Positions 28,840 to 40,135 of a DNA stretch of 64,000 nt are shown here, piece after piece. Below the pieces are notes generated by a model. The model saw only the letters and a program-made list of their open reading frames with translations, was not told the DNA's origin and searched no databases. The stretch is from assembly GCF_009834535.1 (NCBI RefSeq), contig NC_045706.1:31560001-31624000 (forward strand), read 5' to 3'. How positions within the stretch are numbered: position 1 is the stretch's first letter; every line of letters starts with the position of its first letter. This stretch comes from Camelus ferus (taxonomy: Eukaryota). The position numbers were made by a program, and so were the translations under genes.

Positions 28840-28935
28840 GCGATCGCGGCCCGGGTTCCTGCCCGTCGGCCCAGGGTTCCGGTCCATGGACCGCGGGCGC
28901 CGAGCTGCTGCCGGCGGAGGAGCTACCTCTGTGAG
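28840..28935 (+). other. CPEB3: Candidate CPEB3 non-coding exon 1a (5' end uncertain)
   Basis: Strong donor GAG|GTAAGA at 28935/28936 inside the CpG island. Confidence 0.55.
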
Positions 28936-28992
28936 GTAAGAGTCACCGCCTCCGTGCGCGCCGGGGTCACGACGCAAAGCGGCCCAGAGCAG

Positions 28993-29009
28993 CCTGGGAG
29001 ATGTAGTCC
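28993..29009 (-). promoter_or_regulatory. ZNF143/THAP11-type motif ACTACAnnTCCCAG
   Basis: Minus strand reads GGACTACATCTCCCAGG; this motif is known to be enriched at bidirectional promoters. Confidence 0.8.
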
Positions 29010-29117
29010 TCGGACCGTCCCCGCTAGAGGCTGCACAGCCCGCCCCGACCACCGCCGCCGCGCCCGCCGCCGCGCCCGCCGCCGCCCGGCCGGCGCCCTC
29101 CCGTTTCCTTCCTCCAG

Positions 29118-29189
29118 GGGGAAAAATGTCCTGCGGGCCGCTTTCCAGGAAGCAGCAGGATGTGCCGCTCCACTGTCAGTAGCATCAAG
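29118..29189 (+). other. CPEB3: Candidate CPEB3 non-coding exon 1b (first exon, or 72-nt cassette exon)
   Basis: Donor AAG|GTCAGC at 29189/29190; upstream CCCTCCCGTTTCCTTCCTCCAG|G looks like an acceptor at 29117/29118. As a first exon it may start further upstream. Confidence 0.65.
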
Positions 29190-30689
29190 GTCAGCCCTCC
29201 CTGCCTATTTCTTTTCTCCTCGGCTCTTGCGCTCAGGTGGGACCGAGCCAGGTGAGGGGAGGGGGCTAAAGGGCCATGTCTCGGCAGGGTCCCCAGTCCC
29301 AGCCGCGGCGTCAGGCGGGCCGTGGCGGGGGCGGGGGTGGCAGAAGCTCCAGCTGAAGCCTTCGGCGCTGGAGGCAGCCTCTGCCGCGTCTGAGCTCATT
29401 TTGGGGAGTTACACAACCCCCGCAAGGGGTCGGATGCTCTAGTGAGTGCGGTTATTCCCGAGGGGTCGGGAGGGCAGGCGCTGCCTCCACCAGATGGTTC
29501 CCACCCGAGCCTCTCAGTGTGTGTTTGGCCGGGGTGGGAGGGGGAAGCGGGTTGGGGTGGAGAGATTATTCTCTCCCTCTCTAGGAACCTTCTAAAATGT
29601 GCCTGGGCTTTCAAGGGCTCGCCGATAGTCTCCAAATGGAACATGTTCGTGAATAAACAGCTCTTGCTTACTCAGCTGTGGGTTGTCAGGGGTGTTTGTT
29701 TCTCGGTCTCTGCTGCTGGTCACTGTTAACCATTTCTAGTTGCCTTGACACCTCTAAGCAGGTGGATGTGTTGGGGAGGGTGGGGGTGAGATCAAAAGGG
29801 GAAAATCATAAATCTCTCGTTGGGTTATTCTCTGACGCTCTAGGGACAGCTTTGGCGGGAGGAAAGAGCTGTTGGCTAAAGCGAATGCGTCTTTTGGACG
29901 ACCTGTGGCGTTCTCTAGTGCTGTGATTGGTAGGACGTCTGGTAGTTTTCCCTTGATTATGCCTAATTTCTGCTGCAAGATGTTTGATTTTTGTGTAAAT
30001 TAAAATGTGTTTTTTAAGCTCTTTTATTAACGTAGAATTTTGCAATCAGCTCTTAATTTTCAGTTTAAAGTTTGCTTCCTGAATATATTTGCACTAGAAT
30101 GTACATTGCCAGGAAGAAAAACAAAAACAGCATGTGACCAGAAGTTTATTTGGCCTCCAGTTTCTGAAAGATGCTTTTATGAAAGGCTTTGGGAATTTTC
30201 ATGACTAATTATAATTAATCCTTCACCTTTTTCTCATGAAATGAGAAGCAGGCCCCTGATAGGGGGGTGTTTGATATTTTAAATTCCTATGTACTGCTTG
30301 CTACTCCTATTGCATAAGCCTTCCCTTAGTGTATTTATCTGTTAAGCAATTGTCAGCCACAGGAGATGGATATATTTATAAATCCTGCTCAAAAAATAGA
30401 ATTTGATCCTAGCATATTGACTAGTGCAAGCTCCATTTAGTTCTATGATTTGCACTAAAAGGAGTTCTCACCTCGTCTTAGAATTTCTATGTGAACCCCA
30501 AATTGGAAAGTATTATATGCTTCTGTAGATAGCAAAGCTGTGTGCAGATTAGTCTTACTATTTTTTAAAGGATTTATATTAGCATTTTCATGAAAATTCT
30601 GTTTCTTGGCTGTGTCAAAAACCCTTTGAAATAGAAAAAAAAATTCTGCTTTTCATCTAAAGGGTTATTAGCAGAAAAAAAAAGTGATT

Positions 30690-31320
30690 AGCATCTGACC
30701 TAGTAATTCCACTCCTTGGTATCTACCCAAGAGAAATAAAAACATACATCTGCACAAAGACTTGTATGCCAACATTCCTAGCAGCATTGTTCCTAACAGC
30801 CAAAAAATAGAAACAACCCAAATATCCATCAGCTGATGAATGGATAAACCAAGTGTGGTATATTCATACAGTGGACTATTATTAGGTGATAACAAGGAGT
30901 GAGGTTCTGATACCTGAGACAGTATGGATGAATCTTGAAAACATTATGCTAAGTTGAAGGAGCCTGTCACAACAACCACATGTTGTATGATTCCATTTAC
31001 ATTAAATGTTAAGAATAAATTCATAGAGACAGAAAGTGGATTAGTGGTTGTCTACAGCTGGAGGGCTTAGGAAGAAATAGAGGAAGATTGTAATGGGTAT
31101 GGGGTTTCTTTTTTGGGGTGACAAAAAATGTTCCAAAATTAGAGTGATGTTAGTTATACAACTTTGTGAATTATATCTAAATTTTAAAAAATGAGGTAAA
31201 ATTAGATTCTGGAGATGGTGGCACAGTTCTGTAAAGATACTTAAAAAACTGAATGTATACTTAATATGAGTTAATTTTATAGTACATAAATTACCATTTC
31301 AATAAAGCTATTAAAAATAA
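30690..31320 (+). mobile_element. L1M 3' end
   Basis: AATTCCACTCCTTGGTATCTACCCAAGAGAAAT...GGATGAATCTTGAAAACATTATGCT...AATAAAGCT. Confidence 0.85.
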
Positions 31321-32218
31321 TTAGCTCCATGTAAAGTGTTCATAAGGACATCTAAAGAGAAACAGGTAAACAGATAACTGATAATTCTTTATTATCAAAC
31401 TTTGTTTCCTGATTAGTATGGGCAAAAATCATGACTGATAAATTAATTCATGAAATAAATTAATTGTTTGTATTTGAAATAATTCTACACATACCTTGAA
31501 TTTCAATATTGTTTGTCAGCTTTGTTTTCCTTGGCTCTTATGTTTTCAAATGAGACTAAGAATAATTAGAATTATAATTCACTTTCTCACTTTGAAGGGG
31601 AAAAGTCTCAATTCGATCTTAGTTGAGTCCCTTCCATCAAATAAAAAGTTAAAATGCACTTCTGCATTTTACACAGGTTAAAGATTTATGGTAAATGATA
31701 TTTAGTCAAGAGAGTAACAGCATGACCACAGCCAAAAAAATATTTTTCTCAGTGATGTATTTTGAAATAGAAATTAATCTGTTGAAAATATTTAAGGATT
31801 CTTCCAACCTCAGAGGACGAGAATCAGGATTGACAATGTAGAGTATCCTAAAGAGTTACGGAATTTGTTAGTAACTTTGTAATGGATTTAGAAATTTCTG
31901 AGTATGGAACTGTTCTAAATATGTTAGGAAATTTAAAATAGTGCATTTCTTTAATATTCTCCCATGACACTTGTTTTGAACTGTCTGCCAAAGGGGGCCC
32001 TGGAGGTAGTCCATAGAGATAATATGAAATAGCCAGGTGCCCTCCAAGGAGAATTGTCAATTGCCAAATTTGGTGATAAACCGCAGGCAGAGTCCATACT
32101 GCAGGCCACAGAAAGTTCTTCATTAATTTATTCAGCAGACATTTCCAGAGGATTTATGATGTGCCTGGGTACTTGTCTCAAATTAAACAATAACTACCTT
32201 TTTCAGAACATACAAGCT

Positions 32219-32338
32219 GGGGAGGGTATAGCTCAGTGGTAGAGTGCATGCTTAGCATGCATGAGGTCCTGGGTTCAATCTCCAGTATCTCCTTTAAAAA
32301 CAAACCAACCAACCTAATTACTTACCCCCCAAAATAAG
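32219..32338 (+). mobile_element. tRNA-derived SINE (camelid Vic-1-like)
   Basis: GGGGAGGGTATAGCTCAGTGGTAGAGTGCATGCTTAGCATGCATGAGGTCCTGGGTTCAATC with A and B boxes; TSD AGAA(C/T)ATACAAGCT (32205-32218 / 32339-32352). Confidence 0.9.
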
Positions 32339-32932
32339 AGAATATACAAGCTACCTAACAAAGCTTATAGTTAAAAAAAAAAAAAAAAAGGCACTTCCGT
32401 ATGAAATACTACATAATGTTACAATGACAGCATATGATGAAGTGCCAAATGAATAACAGAAATACAAAGTGATGTAGAAATTTAGATGAGACTGTTATGG
32501 GCTGGTGTGATAAAGAGAACTTTGTGAGATCAGGGGAAATTTAGGTTCTCCCTTGCAGCAATAGGAGGAATTACATACGTAAAGAGGTGGAAAATGGTCT
32601 TGGGTCAGGATAAGAACAAAAAAAAGGAGAGAGGGGAGTTAACCTCTGTAGTTGGAATGGTCTCTGTTGAGTAAAAGGGAGAAATATGGTTGATTGGTTA
32701 AGTAGGGAATAAATGGACTTGAAGCTATTAATTCTTTCAACAAGTATTTCTTGAATAATGTTTATGTGACAGGCACTAAGCTGGGCACGGGGGATACAAT
32801 AAGGAGCAAAAAAAGGCACCGTCCCTACCTCTGTGGAGTTTACCGTTTATAGTGGGAAAGAGAGATAATCACATAAATATATTTTTAGGTTGCAAATGTA
32901 GTACATAGTGTTGTGAGAGATAATAGCTAGGG

Positions 32933-33000
32933 TTTTTACCTAGACAGGGAGGTCAGAAAAGTTCCTTTTTTACCTAGACAGGGAGGTCAGAAAAGTTCCT
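32933..33000. repeat. Perfect 34-bp tandem duplication
   Basis: TTTTTACCTAGACAGGGAGGTCAGAAAAGTTCCT twice. Confidence 0.95.
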
Positions 33001-34354
33001 CTCAGGCAGTGTCCATTATGCTGAGCAGGAGTTAATTGGACAAAGGGAGGAGGGAAGAGCACCCCCAGCCAAAGAACAGCACCTGCCAGTACCCTGTGAA
33101 GGAAAGCCCTGGCTGATGGACGAGGACAAAACCATACAAAGAGGGGACTTGGGGTAAGATGGGACCAAAAAGGTCAATCAAGTGACAGACTGTGAAGTGC
33201 TCTGTAGGCCAAAGTAAGGAATTTTGCCGTTATCCGAGAATCCTGTTGGGAGGAGTTTGGGCAAAAGAAATTGATTCCATTCTGTAGAAAATGGACAGTT
33301 AACTTGTAGTGGTTCCCAAACCTGCTGTGTGTCAGAGAATTTCCCCAGAAATTCTGATCCATGTGCCTTGTAGTTGTGTCCAATTAGCAATTTTTTAAAA
33401 ACAAGTTCCCTAGGTGACTATTAGACCAGTGGTATCTCTGCAGAAATACTTGCAGTGGTTGAAAGCTTCAGCTCAAGCCTATGTTTGAGTCTCAGCATTG
33501 TCACTTAGAGGCTCAGCAATTTTGGGCAGGTTACTGAGTCTTTTTAAGCTCAAGTTTCCACATCTCCAGGGGGAGAATTACAGAACCTACCTCACTGGGT
33601 TACTGGAAGGATTAAGTGAGAAAATTCATTTAAATTGTTCAGGAAAATGCTGGGCACATGGTTAACGGCTCCACTGGTGTTAGCTCTTAATTATTACTAA
33701 AAGTTTTGAGTCAGGGTGAGAGTGATTTAGGGGGATTAATCTTGCAGTGGTATGCAGGGTAGGTTGGGGACAAAGAGAAGTTAGTGCTGGGCTACATCTC
33801 AGTAACTTAGCCATGCTCTGTTACTATTTCAGAAGTTTGCTTTAACACAGCTGTAAGTTCTTGAAGATCCTTAGATAGGCTAAGTAGTTCTCAAGTAGAA
33901 GATGTTCTTGGGCCTCTTTTATGAGAAGATGTTGGTCCTCAGAATATGTTTTACTGGCTTAGCATTTATAGGATTACTTTGAATTTACTTTTTAATTCTG
34001 GACAGAAGCTTTACTGGCCACTTACAGAGGACAGGGTAAAACCTGTCGATTTATCTTCATTTGCTACTCAGAATAGAATTCTAACAGCTTATATCCACTG
34101 TAATGGAATAGATATTTACAAAGGGTAAATAATTTTACAAAAATGTCATCATTCACTAATTTGCCTTCTCTTCCTCCTCATAAATATTGTGGAAGACCCA
34201 TTACTTTTCATTATCCTTGCTTAAATTCCTCTCTCGGGGTTTGGTGTCCCTGGGATATGCAATGTGCATCAAGGGGGGGGTAAAAAATCACAGGATAATA
34301 TGCCATGTCTTCCTTCTCATATCTTGTTCCAGGAGTATCCATTTTATGAGAAAA

Positions 34355-34410
<56 letters not shown>

Positions 34411-34411
34411 A
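34355..34411. repeat. (TG)n(TA)n compound microsatellite
   Basis: Read directly. Confidence 0.95.
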
Positions 34412-34447
34412 AATTATTTTCCTTTTTAAATAAACATGGATGTCATA

Positions 34448-34915
34448 GAGCAGTAGTTCTCAAAAGGTGTTCTAGCAGGCCCCTAGGGCTCCCTGGGAAC
34501 CTTTCCAGGGGGTATATGAGGTCAAGGCTATTTTTATTATAATACTAAAACATTATGTGCCTTTTTCACTGCATTGACATTTACACTGATAGCACAAGCA
34601 GTGGTAGATGAAACTGCTTATATGTTAGCACCATTAAGGGCTCTGACACCCAATATATAGTCTGTACCATCACACACATGGAGTCAAAACAAAAGTTCAC
34701 TTAGGAATGTCCTTGATTATGCAGTAAAAAAGTATTCCTATATTAAATCTTGACCCTTGGATATGCATGTTTTTAATATTCTGTGTGATGAAATGGGAAG
34801 CATGTACATTTCTGCTGCATCCAAAGTATGATAGTTGTCTCAGAAGAAAACACTTACATGATTAAGATGCAGGCTGAGCTGGCTGCTCATGGCACACGAT
34901 TTTACCTGAAAGACT
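34448..34915. mobile_element. Charlie1-like hAT DNA transposon fragment
   Basis: CAGTAGTTCTCAAA...GAGGTCAAGGCTATTTTTATTATAATACTAA...TTGACATTTACACTGAT resembles Charlie1. Confidence 0.7.
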
Positions 34916-34919
34916 GACA

Positions 34920-35920
34920 TGAAAGTGTTAAACTTTTGTGCTATTAAGAAAGTGAAAAGACATCTCACAGATGGGAGAAAATTTTGGGAAATCATATATC
35001 TGAAAAGGGCTTTGTACCTGTAATATATAAAGATTTGTTGCAACTCAGTAATAGAAAGGCAAATAACCCAATTAAAAAATGGACAAAGGATCTGAATAGA
35101 CATTTCTCCAGAGATATGCAAATGGCCGGTAAGCACCTGAAGAGATGCTCACCAACATTAGCCATCAGAGAAATGCAAATTGAAACTATGATGAAATACC
35201 ACTTCACTCTCTCTAGGATGGCAATAATGAAAAAAAGGGGAATAATAATAAACACTGGTGAGAATGTGAAGAAGTTGGAGTTCTAGTACACTGCTGTTGG
35301 GAAGGTAAAATGGTGCAGCTGTTTTAGAAAACAGTCTGGCACTTCCTCAAAATGTTAAACATAAAGTCTCCATGCAACCCAGCAGTTCTACCCCCAGGTA
35401 TGTACCCAAGAGAAATGAAAACATATGCCTACACAAACATTTATACATGAATATTCATAGCAACATTATTCATAACAGCCCAAAGTGGAGCAACCCAAAT
35501 GTTCATAGGTTGATGGATGAAATTTGATACATCCATACAATGGAGTATTATTCAACAACGAAAAGGAATGAAGTACTGATAAATGCTGCAGCATGGATGA
35601 ACCTTGAAAACATTGTACTAAGTGAAATAAGCCAGTCCAAAAGAGAACATATTCTATTTATATGACGTGTTCAGAATAGGTGAGTCTACAGACAGAAAGT
35701 AGATTAGTGGTTGCCCAGGGTTGGGGGAAATGGAGTTTTGAGGAGTGACAACTAAGGTATGCAGGGGTTTCTTTTTGAGATGATAGAAGTATTCTAAAAT
35801 TGACCGTAGTGATGATGTGCAACTAGGAATATACTAAAAGTCACTGAAGTGTATGCTTCAAATGGGTGAATTTTTAGTGTTTGACTTATACCTCTGTAAA
35901 GCTGTTATTTAAAATAAAAC
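34920..35920 (+). mobile_element. L1MB-like ORF2 C-terminus and 3' end
   Basis: ORF 34984-35286 NNPIKKWTKDLNRHFSRDMQMAGKHLKRCS...IREMQI is L1 ORF2. Confidence 0.92.
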
Positions 35921-36114
35921 CAGATAAAACCTTAAAATCCATTATTAGTTGACTGATTTAATAACTTAGGATGTATCAATATAACCGTATTATATAGCTG
36001 AGCCATTGAAACAAATGAGATATTTCTGTTTAGGCTATTGTGAAGAGTTGCCCAAGATGTAGTAGCCATCTACAGTTAGGATATTTTTGTTCCACAGGAA
36101 TCAACTCTAGCTAA

Positions 36115-36300
36115 TTCATTCTCCCTGGGGGACATTTGTTAATGTCTGGAGACTTTTTTGATTGTTACACTAGGGATGCTGTTTGCATCTGGTGGGTTGA
36201 GACCAGGGATGCTGCTAAGCATACTATAAGGCACAGACCAGCCCCTCACAACAAAGAATTATGTAGCCCAAGATAGCCAGTAGTGCTGAGGTTGATAAAC
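36115..36300. mobile_element. MER20-like hAT element
   Basis: GGGACATTTGTTAATGTCTGGAGAC...CCAGGGATGCTGCTAAGCAT...ACAACAAAGAATTAT...GTGCTGAGGTTGA. Confidence 0.8.
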
Positions 36301-38929
36301 TAAAGCAAAAGGAAACTTATTGGAAGGATATGGGTGAGCTCACAGGATTGAAAGTAAGGCAGAGTAGCAGCCACCACAGAGAATCTTGTTGCAGGAACAT
36401 TCCATGCTATCATATGGGTTCAGCACAGGAACAGATAAACTCCAACTGTTTGTATTCTGCTCACAGTTCGATATCTAGGGAGGGAGCATCTAATCAATCT
36501 TCCTTGCCACTTGGTTAAGGGAGGGCAATACACCTTGAATGAAGGCAATTTGTCAAAAGGTAGTACATTAATTAGAGAGCACATACTGACTACAGTTATG
36601 ATCCAGGTGCTATTTAGGTGCTGGGGATAAAGGAGAGCAAAAGAGACAAAAATAGTCTTGTGGCATTTTTATTCTTATGATGCTAAATCAGGGCAAACCT
36701 TTAGGTAATAACTTAAAGAAGGTTGAACAGTTGCCAAACACCAAAACCAATAAATACTACCTATATGTTAAGTGAAGAAAAGCAGGGAGTAGATAGTATC
36801 TATAGTATTATCCCATTTTTTTTAACTTAGCATGTGTATGTAAGGAGATTTTTTTTTGAGATATACATAGGAATTAAAAAAATGTATAGTACTTTGGATG
36901 ATGAGACTAAATATGGGGAGATATTTTCATTTTATTCCCTTATGATTTCATTTTCGCCACGAGCATGTATTTTAGAGTTAAAAATTTTTAGTTAAATTTA
37001 AAAAGAAAAGAAATACTTGGTACAAGTGGAGGATGATTAAAGGCTTTTAAAAAGTCACATTATTGTGTTTTGCTTATTATGGAAAAGCAGGAAGAAAGAA
37101 ACAAAATCTGACTGGAAAGTGTGGCCTGTAATCATTCAACAAATATTTGCTGAACACTTGGCTGCCTTAGGTCCTTTCTGGACAAGGTGGAATATCAGTA
37201 AATAAAATATCAAGTAGCAGCCACATGTGAGGCACTCTATGAAGTGCGGTGTCTGGGAGGGGATTGAAATTTGAAAAAGATATGACAAATGCCTTCAATG
37301 GGCACTTGTTGGCATCTACTTACTGAACACCAATATGTGGCATGTGCCGGGCCCTTTACACACATTATTTCCAATCCTGACAATGACCTTATCAAATAGA
37401 TGGCTGTGTCTCCCATATCGTAGATGAGAATACTGAACATTGGAAAAATGAAGTCATAGCAAGTAAGTTGCATAGCTGACATTTGAATCCAGGTATATCT
37501 GACTTCACTGGATAACAGTGTATGAATATGTGGATAGTTAACTAACAAGTAAAAAAGAAAGTGATTTATTGCAAGAGCATTCACAGGACTACCCATGACT
37601 AATTGTTGAAGAATTTTACAGATAAGTTGCCTAATTGCTCAGAGATGGGAAATGAAATTGTTGCATATGGGAGTGATCTGGGCAGGCTTCCTAGTGGAGG
37701 AGTGGTTTGAATTGGGACTTGAAGAAGTATATGGATGTATAAAGAGTAAGGCTGAGTGTCAGTCTTTACTAAATGCCTAGAGTTGGGTCTAGAAACATCT
37801 TACCTAATCACTTTAGCTCCATTCGAGAGGTGAGGAAACAGCCGTCCTCCTCTTACCCTCACCCCCTGCCAGGTATAGGCAGTTAAAAGGCATTAATTTT
37901 TGGTGATCTGATAGGTGTGAAGTGAGATTTCATTTTTATAGTCAAATGTTTATCTCTGTTTTATAGCTTCTGGGTGTCATCTCTTGGGTACAATGAATTA
38001 ATGTTAGAAGAGAAAGTGTGCATAATAAACTAAAAAATCAGGATATACTCTTTTGGGAGAATAGATATTCAGCGTAAGTAGTTTCCTTCTTCTTAGAGAG
38101 TTTTAGGCCTTTATGAAGGTATTATGGTTCAAGACCCTGCAGCTGAAATCTCAACTTGGTTAAGTCTGAGGAAGATTTATTTATTTATTCAGCATCGTTT
38201 CTTGAACTCCACCTATGTACCAGACACTGTGGATGATATTGGGGATACAAAGATGCGAATAATACATTGTTACACTGTTCTTGTCATCAGGTTGTTTACT
38301 ATTTAATAGAAGAGACAAGTAGTCATATATTTACAGTATATGGAAATCTGAGCCAATATACATGCACACACTCCCTGAAACCTAGGAATCTTCCTTAAGT
38401 CGTCTTTCTCCTTCATCCCCCTGCCCTTAAGTCAATCACCAAGTGTGATCCATTTATCTCCTAAATATCTCTCAAATCCACGTACTTGTTTCTATTCCCC
38501 CTGCTTTCACCCCAGTCCGGTTGACTGTCATCTCTTAGCTGGGACCACTTACTAGTCTCATAATTGGTCTCCCCACATTTGCTTTCATCCCCGATCAACT
38601 GATTTGACAATTGGCCTCTCCAGTCTACTCTTTTTTCCTTTGATTCCCTAATAGAGTGACTTGTTAAGAACTGTGGAACTTACCATGTTACCTGCTTAAA
38701 ATCCTTCTGTGGCCTCTTTAAATCCTGGTGAGAAGGAGCCAGTAGAAAGCATACACTTAGCAATTTGGAGAGAAGAGGAATAATCCATAAATTACACCTT
38801 TTAGAATCTAAGCTTCATGAGGACAGGACAGGACCATACTTGTTTTGTTCACTATTGTAACCCCAGTGCCTTGCACAGAGCATGGCCCTTGGAGGGTGTT
38901 CAGTAAATATTTAGTGAATTAAAAAGAGA

Positions 38930-40135
38930 GAGATTTCTAAGGTGGGATGTTTCATGGGAATTAGAAGTATGAATACAAACTCATGGTTTTATAGATACAG
39001 ATATATAGGTAAACCCAAACAGATGTGTGCATACGTATGCTTTTAGCTCTGTCTGCTGAGAGGGCCTAAAGCAGTTATACCCCAGAACCCATGAGTATAC
39101 CTAGTGCTATTTCCAGTAAAGGGAGCCAGGGCTTTTTGGAGGAATTGCTAATTCTAGACTGGTATGAAAAGTACATGGGCCTGGAACATCTGCAGTGCCA
39201 GGAAGTAGGAATGTGCTAAAAAAAAAACAAACAAAAAAACGATGGGACTATGTCAAAAGGACCTAGAAGTCAACTTGAAGGGATCCTAATGGCTAAGTCA
39301 GGGATATTTTGAGTAACATGATAAGTAATAATAATGAATAATAACCCATAGAATAAAATATGAATCCATGAGTCTGTGCTTATAAAAATACATTAGTAAA
39401 TCAGAGGAGAAGGAAAAACTCTTACAGGAGCATTCCACCTAATTAGAAGGGTTGATGAACACCACAGGACTAATTGATGTAGGCAAGCATCATTAATGGA
39501 TGCTAAAATTAGTGGGTGAAAGTATGTTGATAAACAGGATATTCATATAGTCAGGAAGTATCTTCCCAAAGACATTTAAGTAAAAAGGGAAAAAGAGGAG
39601 CTTTACATTGGAGAAACCTGGCAGACAGTACCTTAATCACGTGATCAAAGTTATCTTCACCACAGTGGGACAAATCCCCATCATGTTCCTTCTGACATGA
39701 TGCACTGTCTTGGACACAGCATGACTTCTGTGTATTATTATTGCCAAAAGTGTGTGACCTGAATCTGATCATGAGGAAACATCAGAGACACCAAAATTGA
39801 GGGCCATTCTACCAAATAACTAGCCAATGCTCTTCGCAAGTGTCAAGGTCATGAAAGACAAAGGCTGAGGAACTGTCCCATATTAAAGGAGACTAAGAAG
39901 ACATGGCATCTAAATGCAATGTGTGGGACATTAGTGGGCCATTGGTAAAACAAGCTCTGTAAATTAGAAAATAGTATTGAATCAATATTAATTTTCTGTT
40001 TTTGACAATTATGCTGCAGTCATTCAAGATGTTAGTGGGTGAAATGCGGGTGAAAAGGATAGAGAAATTATTTTTTGTAACATTTTTGTACTTCTGAAAT
40101 TACTTCACAATGAAAAGTTTTTTTAAAAAGTAAAA
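38930..40135 (+). mobile_element. Old L1 (L1MC/MD-like) 3' region
   Basis: GCTCTGTCTGCTGAGAGGGCCTAAAGCAG, GGAGAAACCTGGCAGACA, CCTGAATCTGATCATGAGGAAACATCAG. Confidence 0.7.

Larger units (their letters stand above)
28360..29500. promoter_or_regulatory. CpG-island bidirectional promoter shared by MARCHF5 and CPEB3
   Basis: Sharp rise in GC and CpG, CCG runs (29041-29095), GC box GGGGCGGGG 28826-28834, ETS core CCGGAAG 28790-28796; divergent genes on either side. Confidence 0.93.

Noticed and set aside
28405..29442. Long R/G/P/A-rich ORFs (215 and 252 aa) on both strands
   Set aside because: Stop-poor CpG island with non-ATG starts; only the spliced uORF segments were kept as findings.
32219..32293. 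tRNA-like sequence (also near 26813 and 49122)
   Set aside because: Has an A-rich tail and TSDs and no proper acceptor stem, so these are SINEs rather than tRNA genes.
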